Part shown: positions 10,363-19,768 of the stretch, piece by piece
Layout: every line of letters starts with the position of its first letter
Numbering within the stretch: the first letter of the stretch is position 1
NCBI GenBank assembly: GCA_902566515.1
Contig: CACFIX010000003.1
Coordinates: 3,889-67,888, forward strand
DNA: 64,000 nt
Direction of reading: 5' to 3'
Source: an uncultured Candidatus Actinomarina sp.
GTDB taxonomy: Bacteria > Actinomycetota > Acidimicrobiia > Actinomarinales > Actinomarinaceae
Notes under the pieces: model-generated
Databases searched by the model: none
Told to the model about the DNA's origin: nothing
The model's input: the letters and a program-made list of their open reading frames with translations, nothing else
Made by a program: the position numbers and the translations under genes

Positions 10363-10449
10363 CAACTTTTTTTTAATTAGATTTAATTCTAATCAACTTA
10401 AGTTAAGTTTAACTGGAATTGATTTAAAGTAAATGTTTTTTTAAAAAAA

Positions 10450-11070
10450 TTAGTACTGTTTTAGTATGTTTTCTACTAAATTTTCGGAGGTTTCAAGAAA
10501 AAACTCCTCTGAATATCTATTAAACAGTTCGTGATCGCCAATATTTAAGGCATATTCGAACATCGCTCCCCTAAAAGCTGTAGCAACATTTACAGCAATT
10601 TCATCTGCTCTGTCCTGATATTGCTCAGAATTACTCAATAAAGCTGTAATTGCTTGTACAGGATCTTGGTCTAGCCATTTATCAACATTGACTAAATTAA
10701 ACATTTGTACAACAATAACTTTTCCTGCATATCCGAGGCTTACAAGGTTCTCAGCATATGTAACTGGAATCTGCTTTAATTTCTCAATCACGCTTAAAGA
10801 TTCGTCCGCAAGTGTGGCACCCATGTTTGCCGCTACATCCATTCTGGAATGAACAATTGCAGAAAATACATCTTCCATTCTGTCAGGAAAATGATTGTAT
10901 GCTGTAGCAGGTGATACACCAGCTTCTTTTGCAATTTGAGTTAAAGTGACTTCTCTAATATCTCCAACTTCATTAATTACATCAACAGCTGTATCAATAA
11001 GTTTTGTCCTATTGAGGTCAAAAATATCTTGCTGCCTACGTGCTCTGCCGTCTTGTTGGATATCAGTCAT
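10450..11070 (-). CDS. TetR/AcrR family transcriptional regulator
   Basis: 206 aa ORF. The N-terminal HTH reads TLTQIAKEAGVSPATAYNHFPDRMEDVF, typical of TetR. It lies directly upstream of and co-directional with the giant gene. Confidence 0.8.
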   Translation of the reverse strand: MTDIQQDGRARRQQDIFDLNRTKLIDTAVDVINEVGDIREVTLTQIAKEAGVSPATAYNHFPDRMEDVFSAIVHSRMDVAANMGATLADESLSVIEKLKQIPVTYAENLVSLGYAGKVIVVQMFNLVNVDKWLDQDPVQAITALLSNSEQYQDRADEIAVNVATAFRGAMFEYALNIGDHELFNRYSEEFFLETSENLVENILKQY

Positions 11071-11112
11071 ATTGGCATATTACATGAATAAATTTAAGAA
11101 TCTAAAATTTTT

Positions 11113-12438
11113 TTAAAAATACTCTTTTATTGTATTTTCAACCACTGAAGAATCTGATTCAGAAACAATGTATTTCTCAATATTTTCTATGTTTTCTACA
11201 GAAAAAGATGGAATTACAGAGGAAATTACATTACTAAATTTTTCAGGTGATGCAGTAGCAATACCAACAACTGGGAGGTTTGAAGTAAATGAAACACTTT
11301 CTGAGACTGCAGTTGCAGTATGAGGATCTACAATCCATTCATAATCCTCATAGAACTCTTTAATCTCTTTTAATATCATTTCATCATCAAATGATTTTGA
11401 AGAAAAGATGCTCTGTAATTTTTTAGCTGCATCTTTATTTAATGTTGCAAGTTTTTCGTTTTGTAGCTGCTCATAGAATAATGAAGTATCCCCTTCTAAA
11501 TCAAAAATTAATCTCTCTAGGCTAGAGGGAATTTGTATATCCATACTTGGTGCAACTGTAGGCATGGTATCTTTTGGTTCTAAGGTTCCACTTGAAATAA
11601 ACCTTGTAAGTACATCATTGAGATTTGATGCACAGAATATTTCATTAATTGGAAGCCCATTACGCCTACCAAACCAAGCAGAATAGGCGTTTCCAAAGTT
11701 TCCAGATGGTATAGAGATGTTAATTGGATTAGTAAATTGTTTTGTAAGCCATACATAATAAGCTGTTTGACCCATAACTCTTAACCAGTTGATTGAATTT
11801 AAAGAAACTACTCTTCTGTTAAACGCGTTTTCCTGTAAAAGAGTTTTGGCAATTTGCTGGCAATCATCATAGGACCCCTCAATTGCAATATTTAATACAT
11901 TGTCTTGAATAACCTCTGTCATCTGACGTCTTTGATATTCACTAACTTTATTGTGTGGATGCAAAACTACTATGTCGATGTTTTTTGAATCTTTTACAGC
12001 TTGGATAGCAGCACTTCCAGTGTCTCCACTTGTTGCGACAATAACTAACCCTCTCTCACCAATTTCTTCTAATCTCTTATCTGCTATTGCACCAAGTGGT
12101 TGAAGTGCATAGTCTTTGAATGATTTTGTTGGACCATGGAATAGCTCCATTACGTATTTATCTTTATTGATCTCTTTAAGCACTGGCTCTGGTGAGTTTT
12201 CAAAGCCTGGATAAATTGATAATTCATCTATATAACTTGCAGAATTTTTATCTAAGGCAATAAATACTGTCTTAACGAAATTTTCATAACTTAAATCTTC
12301 TTGTGTCAGGTTGCTTAAATTTTCAAGAGTTGTTCCATTTGGTAGGTATAATCCTTTGTCTTCTGCGACACCTGAAAGGACAATATCTTGAAAAGAAAGT
12401 GTCGACTTACTTCCACGGGTTGAATGGTATGTAATCAC
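11113..12438 (-). CDS. thrC: Threonine synthase
   Basis: 441 aa. It carries the PLP-lysine motif FHGPTKSFKDYALQ and ATSGDTGSAA, and lies adjacent to hom. Confidence 0.9.
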   Translation of the reverse strand: MITYHSTRGSKSTLSFQDIVLSGVAEDKGLYLPNGTTLENLSNLTQEDLSYENFVKTVFIALDKNSASYIDELSIYPGFENSPEPVLKEINKDKYVMELFHGPTKSFKDYALQPLGAIADKRLEEIGERGLVIVATSGDTGSAAIQAVKDSKNIDIVVLHPHNKVSEYQRRQMTEVIQDNVLNIAIEGSYDDCQQIAKTLLQENAFNRRVVSLNSINWLRVMGQTAYYVWLTKQFTNPINISIPSGNFGNAYSAWFGRRNGLPINEIFCASNLNDVLTRFISSGTLEPKDTMPTVAPSMDIQIPSSLERLIFDLEGDTSLFYEQLQNEKLATLNKDAAKKLQSIFSSKSFDDEMILKEIKEFYEDYEWIVDPHTATAVSESVSFTSNLPVVGIATASPEKFSNVISSVIPSFSVENIENIEKYIVSESDSSVVENTIKEYF

Positions 12439-12442
12439 TTGT

Positions 12443-13702
12443 TTAGAGATAAACTCTGATTGTAGATGTTACAGAGCTGACACTATCGAGATTTGCAATA
12501 CTGTCTATTGAACTTGTTAAATTGTCTTCTGCAGCTTCATGTGTAACAAGAACTAACTCTGCGTTATCTCCTCTGCCTTCTTGAATAACGCTTTCAATGC
12601 TTACATTGTTTTCTCCAAATAAGCTTGCAATAGCTGCAAGAACACCTGGTTCGTCTTTGACTGAGAGCCTAATAAACCAACTTGAATTGACATCTTTTAT
12701 AGCTTTGTCTCCTGTCTTTGGAGTTCGTAATGGATACCAGTTGGTTTGATTGCTTGCCATTTGATGACATGCGCTTAATACGTCTCCAATAATTGCACTT
12801 GCAGTTGGTGCTGCACCAGCACCTGGTCCGGAAAATACTAATTGGTTTATATTGTCACCTTCAACAAGCACAGCATTTAATGCGCCTCTTATAGATGCTA
12901 GGGGGTGCTTGCTGTCAACAAGAGCTGGGAAAACTCTTGCATTGAAACCTTCTTGACCATTATCAATTTGAGCTACTAATTTTATGGTCTTGTTTAGTTT
13001 TTTCGCCCAATCGAAATCTTCTTTTGTAATTTTAGAAATACCTTCTGTATAAACATCATCAGTCGATGGAGATACACCAAAACACAGTAGTGATAAAATC
13101 ATGGCTTTATATTTTGCATCTATACCTTCAACATCATTTGTAGGATCTGGTTCTGCATAGCCTAATTCTTGAGCATTTTGTAATGCATCACCGTATGTGC
13201 TGCCCTCTTCCATTGCAGTCAGGATGTAATTGCTTGTTCCATTAATAATCCCAGCAACCCTTGAGAGTTCTTCTCCTCTTAAGCTTTCAATGAGTGGTTT
13301 TAAAACAGGTATACCAGCTGCGACTGCTGCTTCAAAATATAAACAGGTATTGTTATCCTGAGCGGTCTTAATCAATTCTTCACCACAATCTGCAATGATA
13401 TCTTTGTTTGCAGTAATTACTGATTTTCCTTTTTGTAATAGTGTTTTAATGTACTCTTTTCCTGGTTCTACTCCACCTAAAACTTCAATTACCAAATCAA
13501 TATTTTCATCATTGGCAATTTCATTAAAATCCTCAGTTACAAGATTTGAACCAAAATCTCTGTCTTTAGTGGAATCAGAGACTAAAACCTTGGAAAGATT
13601 GATATTAATTACCTCATTATCAAGATGCAACAATCGAGATATAACTGCAGAGCCAATATTTCCTGCACCTAAAACTGCTACTGTGTATGAATTATTTTTC
13701 AT
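12443..13702 (-). CDS. hom: Homoserine dehydrogenase
   Basis: 419 aa. It has the N-terminal Rossmann motif VAVLGAGNIGSAV, a central homoserine dehydrogenase region, and a C-terminal ACT-like segment FIRLSVKDEPGVLAAIASLFG. Confidence 0.9.
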   Translation of the reverse strand: MKNNSYTVAVLGAGNIGSAVISRLLHLDNEVININLSKVLVSDSTKDRDFGSNLVTEDFNEIANDENIDLVIEVLGGVEPGKEYIKTLLQKGKSVITANKDIIADCGEELIKTAQDNNTCLYFEAAVAAGIPVLKPLIESLRGEELSRVAGIINGTSNYILTAMEEGSTYGDALQNAQELGYAEPDPTNDVEGIDAKYKAMILSLLCFGVSPSTDDVYTEGISKITKEDFDWAKKLNKTIKLVAQIDNGQEGFNARVFPALVDSKHPLASIRGALNAVLVEGDNINQLVFSGPGAGAAPTASAIIGDVLSACHQMASNQTNWYPLRTPKTGDKAIKDVNSSWFIRLSVKDEPGVLAAIASLFGENNVSIESVIQEGRGDNAELVLVTHEAAEDNLTSSIDSIANLDSVSSVTSTIRVYL

Positions 13703-13755
13703 AATTAGTAAGGATAAATGTTATTTTGAGCCAAACAACAATTAATTTTTAGATT

Positions 13756-14757
13756 TTATGAAGAAATTGTTAATGCTGAAACTGCTTCTTGATAAACATC
13801 ACAATAGTCAATCATATCAGCTACCCATTTGCGATCTTGCTCTGGAAGATAGTCGAGCTTGTAATAGTTAGTCCACTTTCCCCCATAATAATAAACAAAA
13901 ACATCTGCTAGATTCTCGTCATCACCATATCTTTGATGTGCAAGTTCTCTAAAGGTAGTTCCACCTTGCAAAATACATCCTCTCAAGACTAAATATGAAT
14001 AGGCATGCGCAGCTTCGTGAATAAGAATATCTTTTAATTTTCCAGATTGTATCCCTCTATCTGATATCCAAATTGTCATAGCCCAATTATTCCCATAATT
14101 TCCATCAGCACCATAACCTACTGGATCAAATACTCCATACACACATCTATTGAATAAAGCTTCACCATAAGGATGGCATCCATTAAGAACATCTACTTCG
14201 GAAGTTAATATTGTTCTCAGAGGATCTGGGAGTTGATATATTGCAAGCTGGATTCTGAGATTAGAATCTTCATTCCCTTCAAATCCAGGATATGAAACAT
14301 CTTCGAGGACAGTTTTGGAATTAAGTTTGTAAGATGGCTCGGCTATGTTTATAGCTGGAGCTTCAATTAAAGAATAAAGAAAATTAGTCACGTCATTTTT
14401 AATACCCGTATTACTTCCATCTCTTCTTTCATGTAGATTAATCAAAACAGCATTCTCATCAGGTATTGTTAAACTACATATTGTAGTTAAGCCTTTAGTA
14501 AGCTCAATTAATGCCTCTTCAAAACTAAATGGACCAAATCTATTACATTCAGAATCATAAAGTATAAATGCGACATTGTATGGATCATCTGAATTTACTA
14601 CATTAGAAGAAAGTTTGTATGAAGGTTCAGCTATTTCAATATTTGGAGATTCTATTCTCAGAACTGAAAATAAATTTATATTTAAAAAATAGGTAATCAA
14701 CCAAATGGCTATGTTGATTGAAAGAAAAGCAAAAAGCACTACTTTAAAAGTTTTCAC
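13756..14757 (-). CDS. Membrane-anchored hypothetical protein with HExxH motif and an internal duplicated IAEPSYKL element
   Basis: 333 aa. It has an N-terminal TM helix (VVLFAFLSINIAIWLITYFL), the zinc-protease-like motif ILIHEAAHAYS, and the duplicated peptide IEIAEPSYKLSSNVV / INIAEPSYKLNSKTV. Confidence 0.5.
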   Translation of the reverse strand: MKTFKVVLFAFLSINIAIWLITYFLNINLFSVLRIESPNIEIAEPSYKLSSNVVNSDDPYNVAFILYDSECNRFGPFSFEEALIELTKGLTTICSLTIPDENAVLINLHERRDGSNTGIKNDVTNFLYSLIEAPAINIAEPSYKLNSKTVLEDVSYPGFEGNEDSNLRIQLAIYQLPDPLRTILTSEVDVLNGCHPYGEALFNRCVYGVFDPVGYGADGNYGNNWAMTIWISDRGIQSGKLKDILIHEAAHAYSYLVLRGCILQGGTTFRELAHQRYGDDENLADVFVYYYGGKWTNYYKLDYLPEQDRKWVADMIDYCDVYQEAVSALTISS

Positions 14758-14800
14758 ATAATGAATGTTAATTTAAAAAAGTTTAAGTTTTAAGGAATCT

Positions 14801-15247
14801 TTATGTTAATTTTTCTTTTACGATTTTACTGACCACTGAACCATCTATGCCTTCACCTTTAGACATAACAGCGCCAATTACTTTACCCATTTGGGAGATA
14901 TCAACTTCGCCCATCTCACTCAGAACTTCATCAATAATTTTTTCAACATCTTCGTCACTAAGTTGCTCAGGCAACCATTCGCTCAGGAAATCAATTTCAA
15001 ACTGAATTTTTTCAGCCATTTCAGTACCTCTATCACCAAGCGACTGATACTCTTCAACTGCTTTAGTCATCTTCTTAACATAAGAGGAAATGACTCCTAA
15101 AACTAATTCATCGGTAGCTTCTTCACCTTTTTCAGCTTTTTTCTTTGCTACCTCTGTCTGAACTTGTCTAATTGCATCAAGTTTAGGCTTATCTTTTGCT
15201 TTCATTGCTTCTTTTAAAGCAGCACTTAAATCATCTGATATTGTCAT
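14801..15247 (-). CDS. GatB/YqeY domain protein
   Basis: 148 aa. The N-terminus LSAALKEAMKAKDKPKLDAIRQVQTEV and the overall size match the YqeY family. Confidence 0.75.
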   Translation of the reverse strand: MTISDDLSAALKEAMKAKDKPKLDAIRQVQTEVAKKKAEKGEEATDELVLGVISSYVKKMTKAVEEYQSLGDRGTEMAEKIQFEIDFLSEWLPEQLSDEDVEKIIDEVLSEMGEVDISQMGKVIGAVMSKGEGIDGSVVSKIVKEKLT

Positions 15248-15250
15248 AAT

Positions 15251-15907
15251 TTACTTTCTATATACATGCATTGTATCAGGAATATCTGTAATTACTCCGA
15301 ATACACCTAACTCCATTAAATATTGAAAATCTTTTTCATCGTTAACTGTCCAGACTCCTGTCTTTTGAAGTGGCAAATCAAAATTCCTACTATCTAATAA
15401 AGTTCTCTCAACCATAAAAAATAAATGTTCATCATGTATTGATAGAGATTTTGCTTGAAATAATCCATCTTCTTGGTCAAGTATGATTCCATAATGGCAA
15501 GTAAATAATTCTTTGAAGTCTTGGATGGCTTTCCAATTAAATGAGGTAACAATATCTTGAGGTAACAAAAGAGAGAGCATTTTTTGAAATAATATGTCTA
15601 TCTGAGTTTTTTCTAAACTATTTGTTTTAATTTCAAAATTAACTTTTCCTTCTATTTGATCTCTTGATGATAAAATCAATTCATCTTTTTCAACATCATT
15701 TAACTTATTTAGTATCTCTTCCGTAGAAAGTTCGTTAATTAATTCTCCATTTATATCAGGGTCATGAAATAAAATAAGATTATTATCGGCTGTAATTCGA
15801 ACATCAGTTTCAACATAATCACAGTAATTAAATGCTTTATTTAGACCTGTTATTGAATTTTCCCTATAAATATAGGGCAGACCCCTATGTCCAAAAATTT
15901 TTCCCAA
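15251..15907 (-). CDS. Glycerophosphodiester phosphodiesterase family protein
   Basis: 218 aa. GDPD motifs are present: GHRGLP...ENS and ETDVRITADNNLILFHD. Confidence 0.75.
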   Translation of the reverse strand: MGKIFGHRGLPYIYRENSITGLNKAFNYCDYVETDVRITADNNLILFHDPDINGELINELSTEEILNKLNDVEKDELILSSRDQIEGKVNFEIKTNSLEKTQIDILFQKMLSLLLPQDIVTSFNWKAIQDFKELFTCHYGIILDQEDGLFQAKSLSIHDEHLFFMVERTLLDSRNFDLPLQKTGVWTVNDEKDFQYLMELGVFGVITDIPDTMHVYRK

Positions 15908-15989
15908 AATGCCTCCATATAAATTAAAGTTGAGTACTATTAAATGTCAAGCTTGTGAAATATTTCACAAAGTAATAAGGTATGTGCAA

Positions 15990-16268
15990 ATGTTAAAAAT
16001 GGAATTTGAACAAGAAGATTGGATGCTAGAGGGTGGCTGTGTCTACTCTGACACTGAGCTGTTTTTTCCTGTCGGATCTTCAATGAAAGCAATGAAACAA
16101 GCTAATGAAGCAAAAGCAATATGCATGGAGTGCCCAGTTGTCACTGAATGTCTTGAATACGCTATAAGAACTAATCAAGATTCTGGTATCTGGGGCGGAA
16201 CAACTGAAGATGAGAGAAAATCAATAAGAAGACAGTATCGTAAAACCGGTCTAGTTATCAACGGTTAG
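15990..16268 (+). CDS. WhiB family transcriptional regulator (Fe-S redox sensor)
   Basis: Four Cys are arranged as C...C-x2-C-x5-C (GGCVYS ... CMECPVVTEC), followed by GIWGGTTEDER. The track ORF starts at 15909, 1 nt from the divergent neighbour's start. The internal ATGs at 15990 or 15999 give a typical ~90 aa WhiB. Confidence 0.85.
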   Translation: MLKMEFEQEDWMLEGGCVYSDTELFFPVGSSMKAMKQANEAKAICMECPVVTECLEYAIRTNQDSGIWGGTTEDERKSIRRQYRKTGLVING

Positions 16269-16497
16269 AAACTAAGCCCGCTCCCCTTTTATTGTCACCA
16301 TCATCTGAGAATTCAATAATCTGAATTAATGATGTATTGACTGCAATTTCACCTTCATCATCTTTATGAATATAAAATTCATTTGCAGAAGTTAAGTTCT
16401 TAATTTCATCTAAGAATTTTTCTTTATCTTTGATATCTACTTCTATAGCTGAGGTTGATCCAACCATATAAATTCTTGCTTTCAAAGTTCCTGCCAT
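16258..16497 (-). CDS. Small conserved actinobacterial protein, DUF3107-like
   Basis: 79 aa. The size and pattern (beta-rich N-terminus, ...IAVNTSLIQIIEFSD...RGAGL) resemble DUF3107 as I recall it. I have no alignment to confirm this. Confidence 0.45.
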   Translation of the reverse strand: MAGTLKARIYMVGSTSAIEVDIKDKEKFLDEIKNLTSANEFYIHKDDEGEIAVNTSLIQIIEFSDDGDNKRGAGLVSNR

Positions 16498-16506
16498 TTT
16501 TACTCC

Positions 16507-17484
16507 TTATAAAACGTTTTCACCCATAAATAATGCTGAGACTGAGTCATCAGTAAATATAGATGTTAGTGCATTTGCAATTATTGGAGAAACACTCAAA
16601 GACTCAACATTTCCTAATTTTTCAGGATTTCCATTCTGCAGCAAAGTATCTGTGACGACTATTTTATCTACTGGTGCATCTTGTAATTTTTCTACTGAAC
16701 CCTCAGAAAATATACCGTGCGTAGCTGCAACATTTACAGATAAAGCTCCACGTTCCTTTAAAATTCTTGAAGCGGCCGCGATAGTACCTCCGGTGTCAAT
16801 AATGTCATCTAGTAGGATTGCATGTCTGTCTTCAACTTCACCAATGATCGTGAAAGACTTTACCTCGTTATGTATCTTCGGATCTCTTTTTTTATGTACA
16901 AAACCAACATACGCTTCAAGATGTTTTGCAAATATAGTTGCTCTCTTTACTCCACCTGCATCAGGCGAAATAATAGAAATTGGACCATCAAATCTATCTT
17001 TAAAATATTCAACAAAAAGTGGCATAGCAGTTAAATGGTCGAATGGCTGATCAACAAAACCCTGTATCTGCTGAGTGTGCAAGTCGATAGATACCATTCT
17101 ATCAACACCTGCGGCAACATACATATCGCTTATTAATCTTGCAGATATTGGTTCCCTAGGAAGTGCTTTTTTATCTTGTCTTGAGTAAGGATAGAAAGGA
17201 AGTACAGCTGTGATTCGTTTTGCTGAAGCACGTTTTAAAGCATCTATCATGAGAAGTTGTTCCATAATTGTTCTATTGATATCTCCAGAATGGCTTTGCA
17301 TAACAAAACAGTCTGCACCTCTAACACTCTCACCAAGTCTCAAATAAATCTCACCGCTAGCAAATTCTTTTCTCTCTACTTCTGATAATTCGGTTCCAAG
17401 ATTTGAAGCTACTTGTTGCGCAAGTTCAACATTTGATGAACCCGAAAAAAGAAGCATTTTTTTCTTGCCAGGTTGTTCAATCAT
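16507..17484 (-). CDS. prs: Ribose-phosphate pyrophosphokinase
   Basis: 325 aa. Motifs are DLHTQQIQGFV and the PRPP-binding loop ILLDDIIDTGGT. The glmU-prs arrangement is classic. Confidence 0.92.
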   Translation of the reverse strand: MIEQPGKKKMLLFSGSSNVELAQQVASNLGTELSEVERKEFASGEIYLRLGESVRGADCFVMQSHSGDINRTIMEQLLMIDALKRASAKRITAVLPFYPYSRQDKKALPREPISARLISDMYVAAGVDRMVSIDLHTQQIQGFVDQPFDHLTAMPLFVEYFKDRFDGPISIISPDAGGVKRATIFAKHLEAYVGFVHKKRDPKIHNEVKSFTIIGEVEDRHAILLDDIIDTGGTIAAASRILKERGALSVNVAATHGIFSEGSVEKLQDAPVDKIVVTDTLLQNGNPEKLGNVESLSVSPIIANALTSIFTDDSVSALFMGENVL

Positions 17485-18841
17485 TTTTTTTCTTTCTATC
17501 CATATAGCCTTCTATGTTTTTTTGATCATTTCTTTCAATACCTAAAGCTTTTGAAGGAACATCTTTTGTAATTACAGAACCTGCACCTATCATTGATTCT
17601 TTTCCAATAGTCACTGGAGCAACAAGCATGACATCTGATCCAATAAAAGCCCCATCTTCAATATCTGTTTTATGTTTATTTTTACCGTCATAATTAACTG
17701 TTATTGATCCTGCAGAAAAGTTTACATCTGTTCCTAATTCTGCATCACCTACATACGCAAGATGAGGAATTTTACTTCCTTTACCAATTTTTGATTTTTT
17801 TGTTTCAGCAAATGCTCCAACCTTCACATTCTCTCCTAGTTCCGAACCAGGTCTAATGTGGGCAAAAGGTCCTATTTGACCTCCATTATCAATAATTGAA
17901 TCGTCTACCACTGAATTCAATACTTTTGAACCTTTACCAACTTTTGAATTATTAATTTGAGCATTTGGTCCAATCTCACAATCAGGGCCTATCACTGTTT
18001 CACCTTTTAAATGACTGTTTGCGTAAACTTTTGTACCAGCAGAAATTTTTACAGTTGAATCTATATATGTAGAGGTTGGATCTTGGAAGTAAACACCTTC
18101 GTCCATGAATTGTTGTATTGTTTGCTTTAATAGAGCGTCTTCAACTTCATTTAGTTGGCCCATAGAATTTATTCCTCTTATTGAATCTTCATCTACTTGT
18201 ACTATAACAATATCTTTTTTTTCATTATTTGCAATACCTATTAAGTCAGTTATGTAAAATTCTCCCTGCGCATTAGAGGTATTCAAATTGTTGATTTGCT
18301 CAAGAAGAAATTCTTTTTCAAAACAATATATCCCTGAATTAATTTCATCAACCAACCTCTCTTCTTCTGTGCAGTCTTTTTCCTCAACTATTTTAATTTG
18401 TCCATCTTGTTGAATGACTCTTCCATATCCAAATGGATTAGAGACCTTAGATGTTAGAAAGCCTATTGTTGAACTTGAGTCAGTTACTTTTTTAATTAGA
18501 TTTTTAATATCATTGCTATTGATCATTGGTACATCTCCTGGAAGAACAAGAATATATTCAGATATATCATTAGCAAATTTTTTATCCTCTAACAGGATTG
18601 AAATTGCATGTCCTGTACCTTTTTGCTCCTCTTGGATAACAAAATTAAGTGATTCTGGCAGAGCTTCCATTACTTGTTTAGCTTCATGCCCTACTACAAC
18701 ATATTTAGTATTGATATCCTCAATAACCTCAAGGGCGTATGAAATTAATTTTTTTCCTGAAACAGAATGTAAGACTTTTGGTAAATTGGACTTCATTCTA
18801 GTCCCTTTACCTGCGGCTAATATTACTCCTGATACATTCAT
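17477..18841 (-). CDS. glmU: Bifunctional UDP-N-acetylglucosamine pyrophosphorylase / glucosamine-1-phosphate N-acetyltransferase
   Basis: The N-terminus reads MNVSGVILAAGKGTRMKS, and the C-terminus has left-handed beta-helix hexapeptide repeats. The track ORF start (18928) reads through a tRNA gene, so I trimmed it to the internal ATG at 18841. Confidence 0.9.
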   Translation of the reverse strand: MNVSGVILAAGKGTRMKSNLPKVLHSVSGKKLISYALEVIEDINTKYVVVGHEAKQVMEALPESLNFVIQEEQKGTGHAISILLEDKKFANDISEYILVLPGDVPMINSNDIKNLIKKVTDSSSTIGFLTSKVSNPFGYGRVIQQDGQIKIVEEKDCTEEERLVDEINSGIYCFEKEFLLEQINNLNTSNAQGEFYITDLIGIANNEKKDIVIVQVDEDSIRGINSMGQLNEVEDALLKQTIQQFMDEGVYFQDPTSTYIDSTVKISAGTKVYANSHLKGETVIGPDCEIGPNAQINNSKVGKGSKVLNSVVDDSIIDNGGQIGPFAHIRPGSELGENVKVGAFAETKKSKIGKGSKIPHLAYVGDAELGTDVNFSAGSITVNYDGKNKHKTDIEDGAFIGSDVMLVAPVTIGKESMIGAGSVITKDVPSKALGIERNDQKNIEGYMDRKKKND

Positions 18842-18852
18842 TTCAAAATTGA

Positions 18853-18927
18853 TGGCTGGGGGAGAAGGACTCGAACCCTCAACGATGGGACCAAAACCCA
18901 TTGTGTTGCCAATTACACCATCCCCCA
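18853..18927 (-). tRNA. tRNA-Gln (anticodon UUG), CCA encoded
   Basis: The reverse complement folds as a 75 nt cloverleaf: acceptor TGGGGGA/TCCCCCA (U1-A72), D arm GTGT-AATTGGCA-ACAC, anticodon arm ATGGG-TTTTGGT-CCCAT (anticodon TTG), T arm GAGGG-TTCGAGT-CCTTC, discriminator G, then CCA. Confidence 0.9.
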
Positions 18928-18946
18928 ATTGTTATGCAAATATATT

Positions 18947-19768
18947 CTAATCGTCATTTTGAGAGAAACTACAATCAATTTTCTTAGTTATTGAAAAAAA
19001 TTTTAGATTTAATTCTTCGGAATCTATTTCTTCAATCTCTTCATGTTCTTCAAACAAGGAAAAAAGAGCCGACCCACTGCCAGACATAAAAAAGTTTTTG
19101 TTGTATCTCTCTTCAAGATCTTGTTTTATTGCATTAAGTTCTGGATAGATTTCTATAGATGTATTCCAGAGATCATTAAAAAGTGAGATATCATTCCACA
19201 AATACTTTTCAGTTTCCTTTGGTTGTGTTTCGTCATATTTTTCAAAGACTTCTTTTGTACTTAAACCGTTTTTTGGAACAGCAATAATGATTTTCATTGG
19301 TGGAGTGTCATTCAGGTTTAGGACATTTTCACCAATACCTGATATATTTGCTGGTTGTTTATTTATAAAGAATGGAACATCACTTCCAACATACTTCACA
19401 ACATCATAATAAGAAGGCATTGATAATTCATAATTTAAACAGAGGAAATTAATTATTGCTGCACCGTTTGAACTTCCTCCACCAAGTCCAGATTCTATTG
19501 GTATCTGCTTATCAACTTTGATTTCAAAGTATTTATCAAAAGAAGGATTGAGTTTTCTCATTAATGATAAAGATTTATGAATGGTTGTTAACTCATTATT
19601 TAATTTATCATTATTAAAAACGATCTGATCTTTTTTACTTTCTTTAATTACTATTTCATCAAAAATACCAACAGGAATAATATCTGATTCAATCTTGTGA
19701 AAATTATCTTGTAAGCCATCATGAATTTTTAAATTAAGATTGATTTTTGCTGAAGTTAATATTTTCAC
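18947..19768 (-). CDS. ispE: 4-diphosphocytidyl-2-C-methyl-D-erythritol kinase
   Basis: 273 aa. It has the GHMP kinase motifs KINLNLKI and ESGLGGGSSNGAA, and the conserved ksgA-ispE linkage. Confidence 0.85.
   Translation of the reverse strand: MKILTSAKINLNLKIHDGLQDNFHKIESDIIPVGIFDEIVIKESKKDQIVFNNDKLNNELTTIHKSLSLMRKLNPSFDKYFEIKVDKQIPIESGLGGGSSNGAAIINFLCLNYELSMPSYYDVVKYVGSDVPFFINKQPANISGIGENVLNLNDTPPMKIIIAVPKNGLSTKEVFEKYDETQPKETEKYLWNDISLFNDLWNTSIEIYPELNAIKQDLEERYNKNFFMSGSGSALFSLFEEHEEIEEIDSEELNLKFFSITKKIDCSFSQNDD

Noticed and set aside
15909-15989. The long 119 aa form of WhiB starting 1 nt from the divergent GDPD gene
   Set aside because: The extension (MPPYKLKLSTIKCQACEIFHKVIRYVQ) is not WhiB-like and leaves no promoter space. 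The internal ATGs give the canonical length.
18842-18928. N-terminal 29 aa of the track glmU ORF (MGDGVIGNTMGFGPIVEGSSPSPPAINFE)
   Set aside because: This stretch is the translation of the tRNA-Gln gene. The true glmU start is the ATG at 18841.
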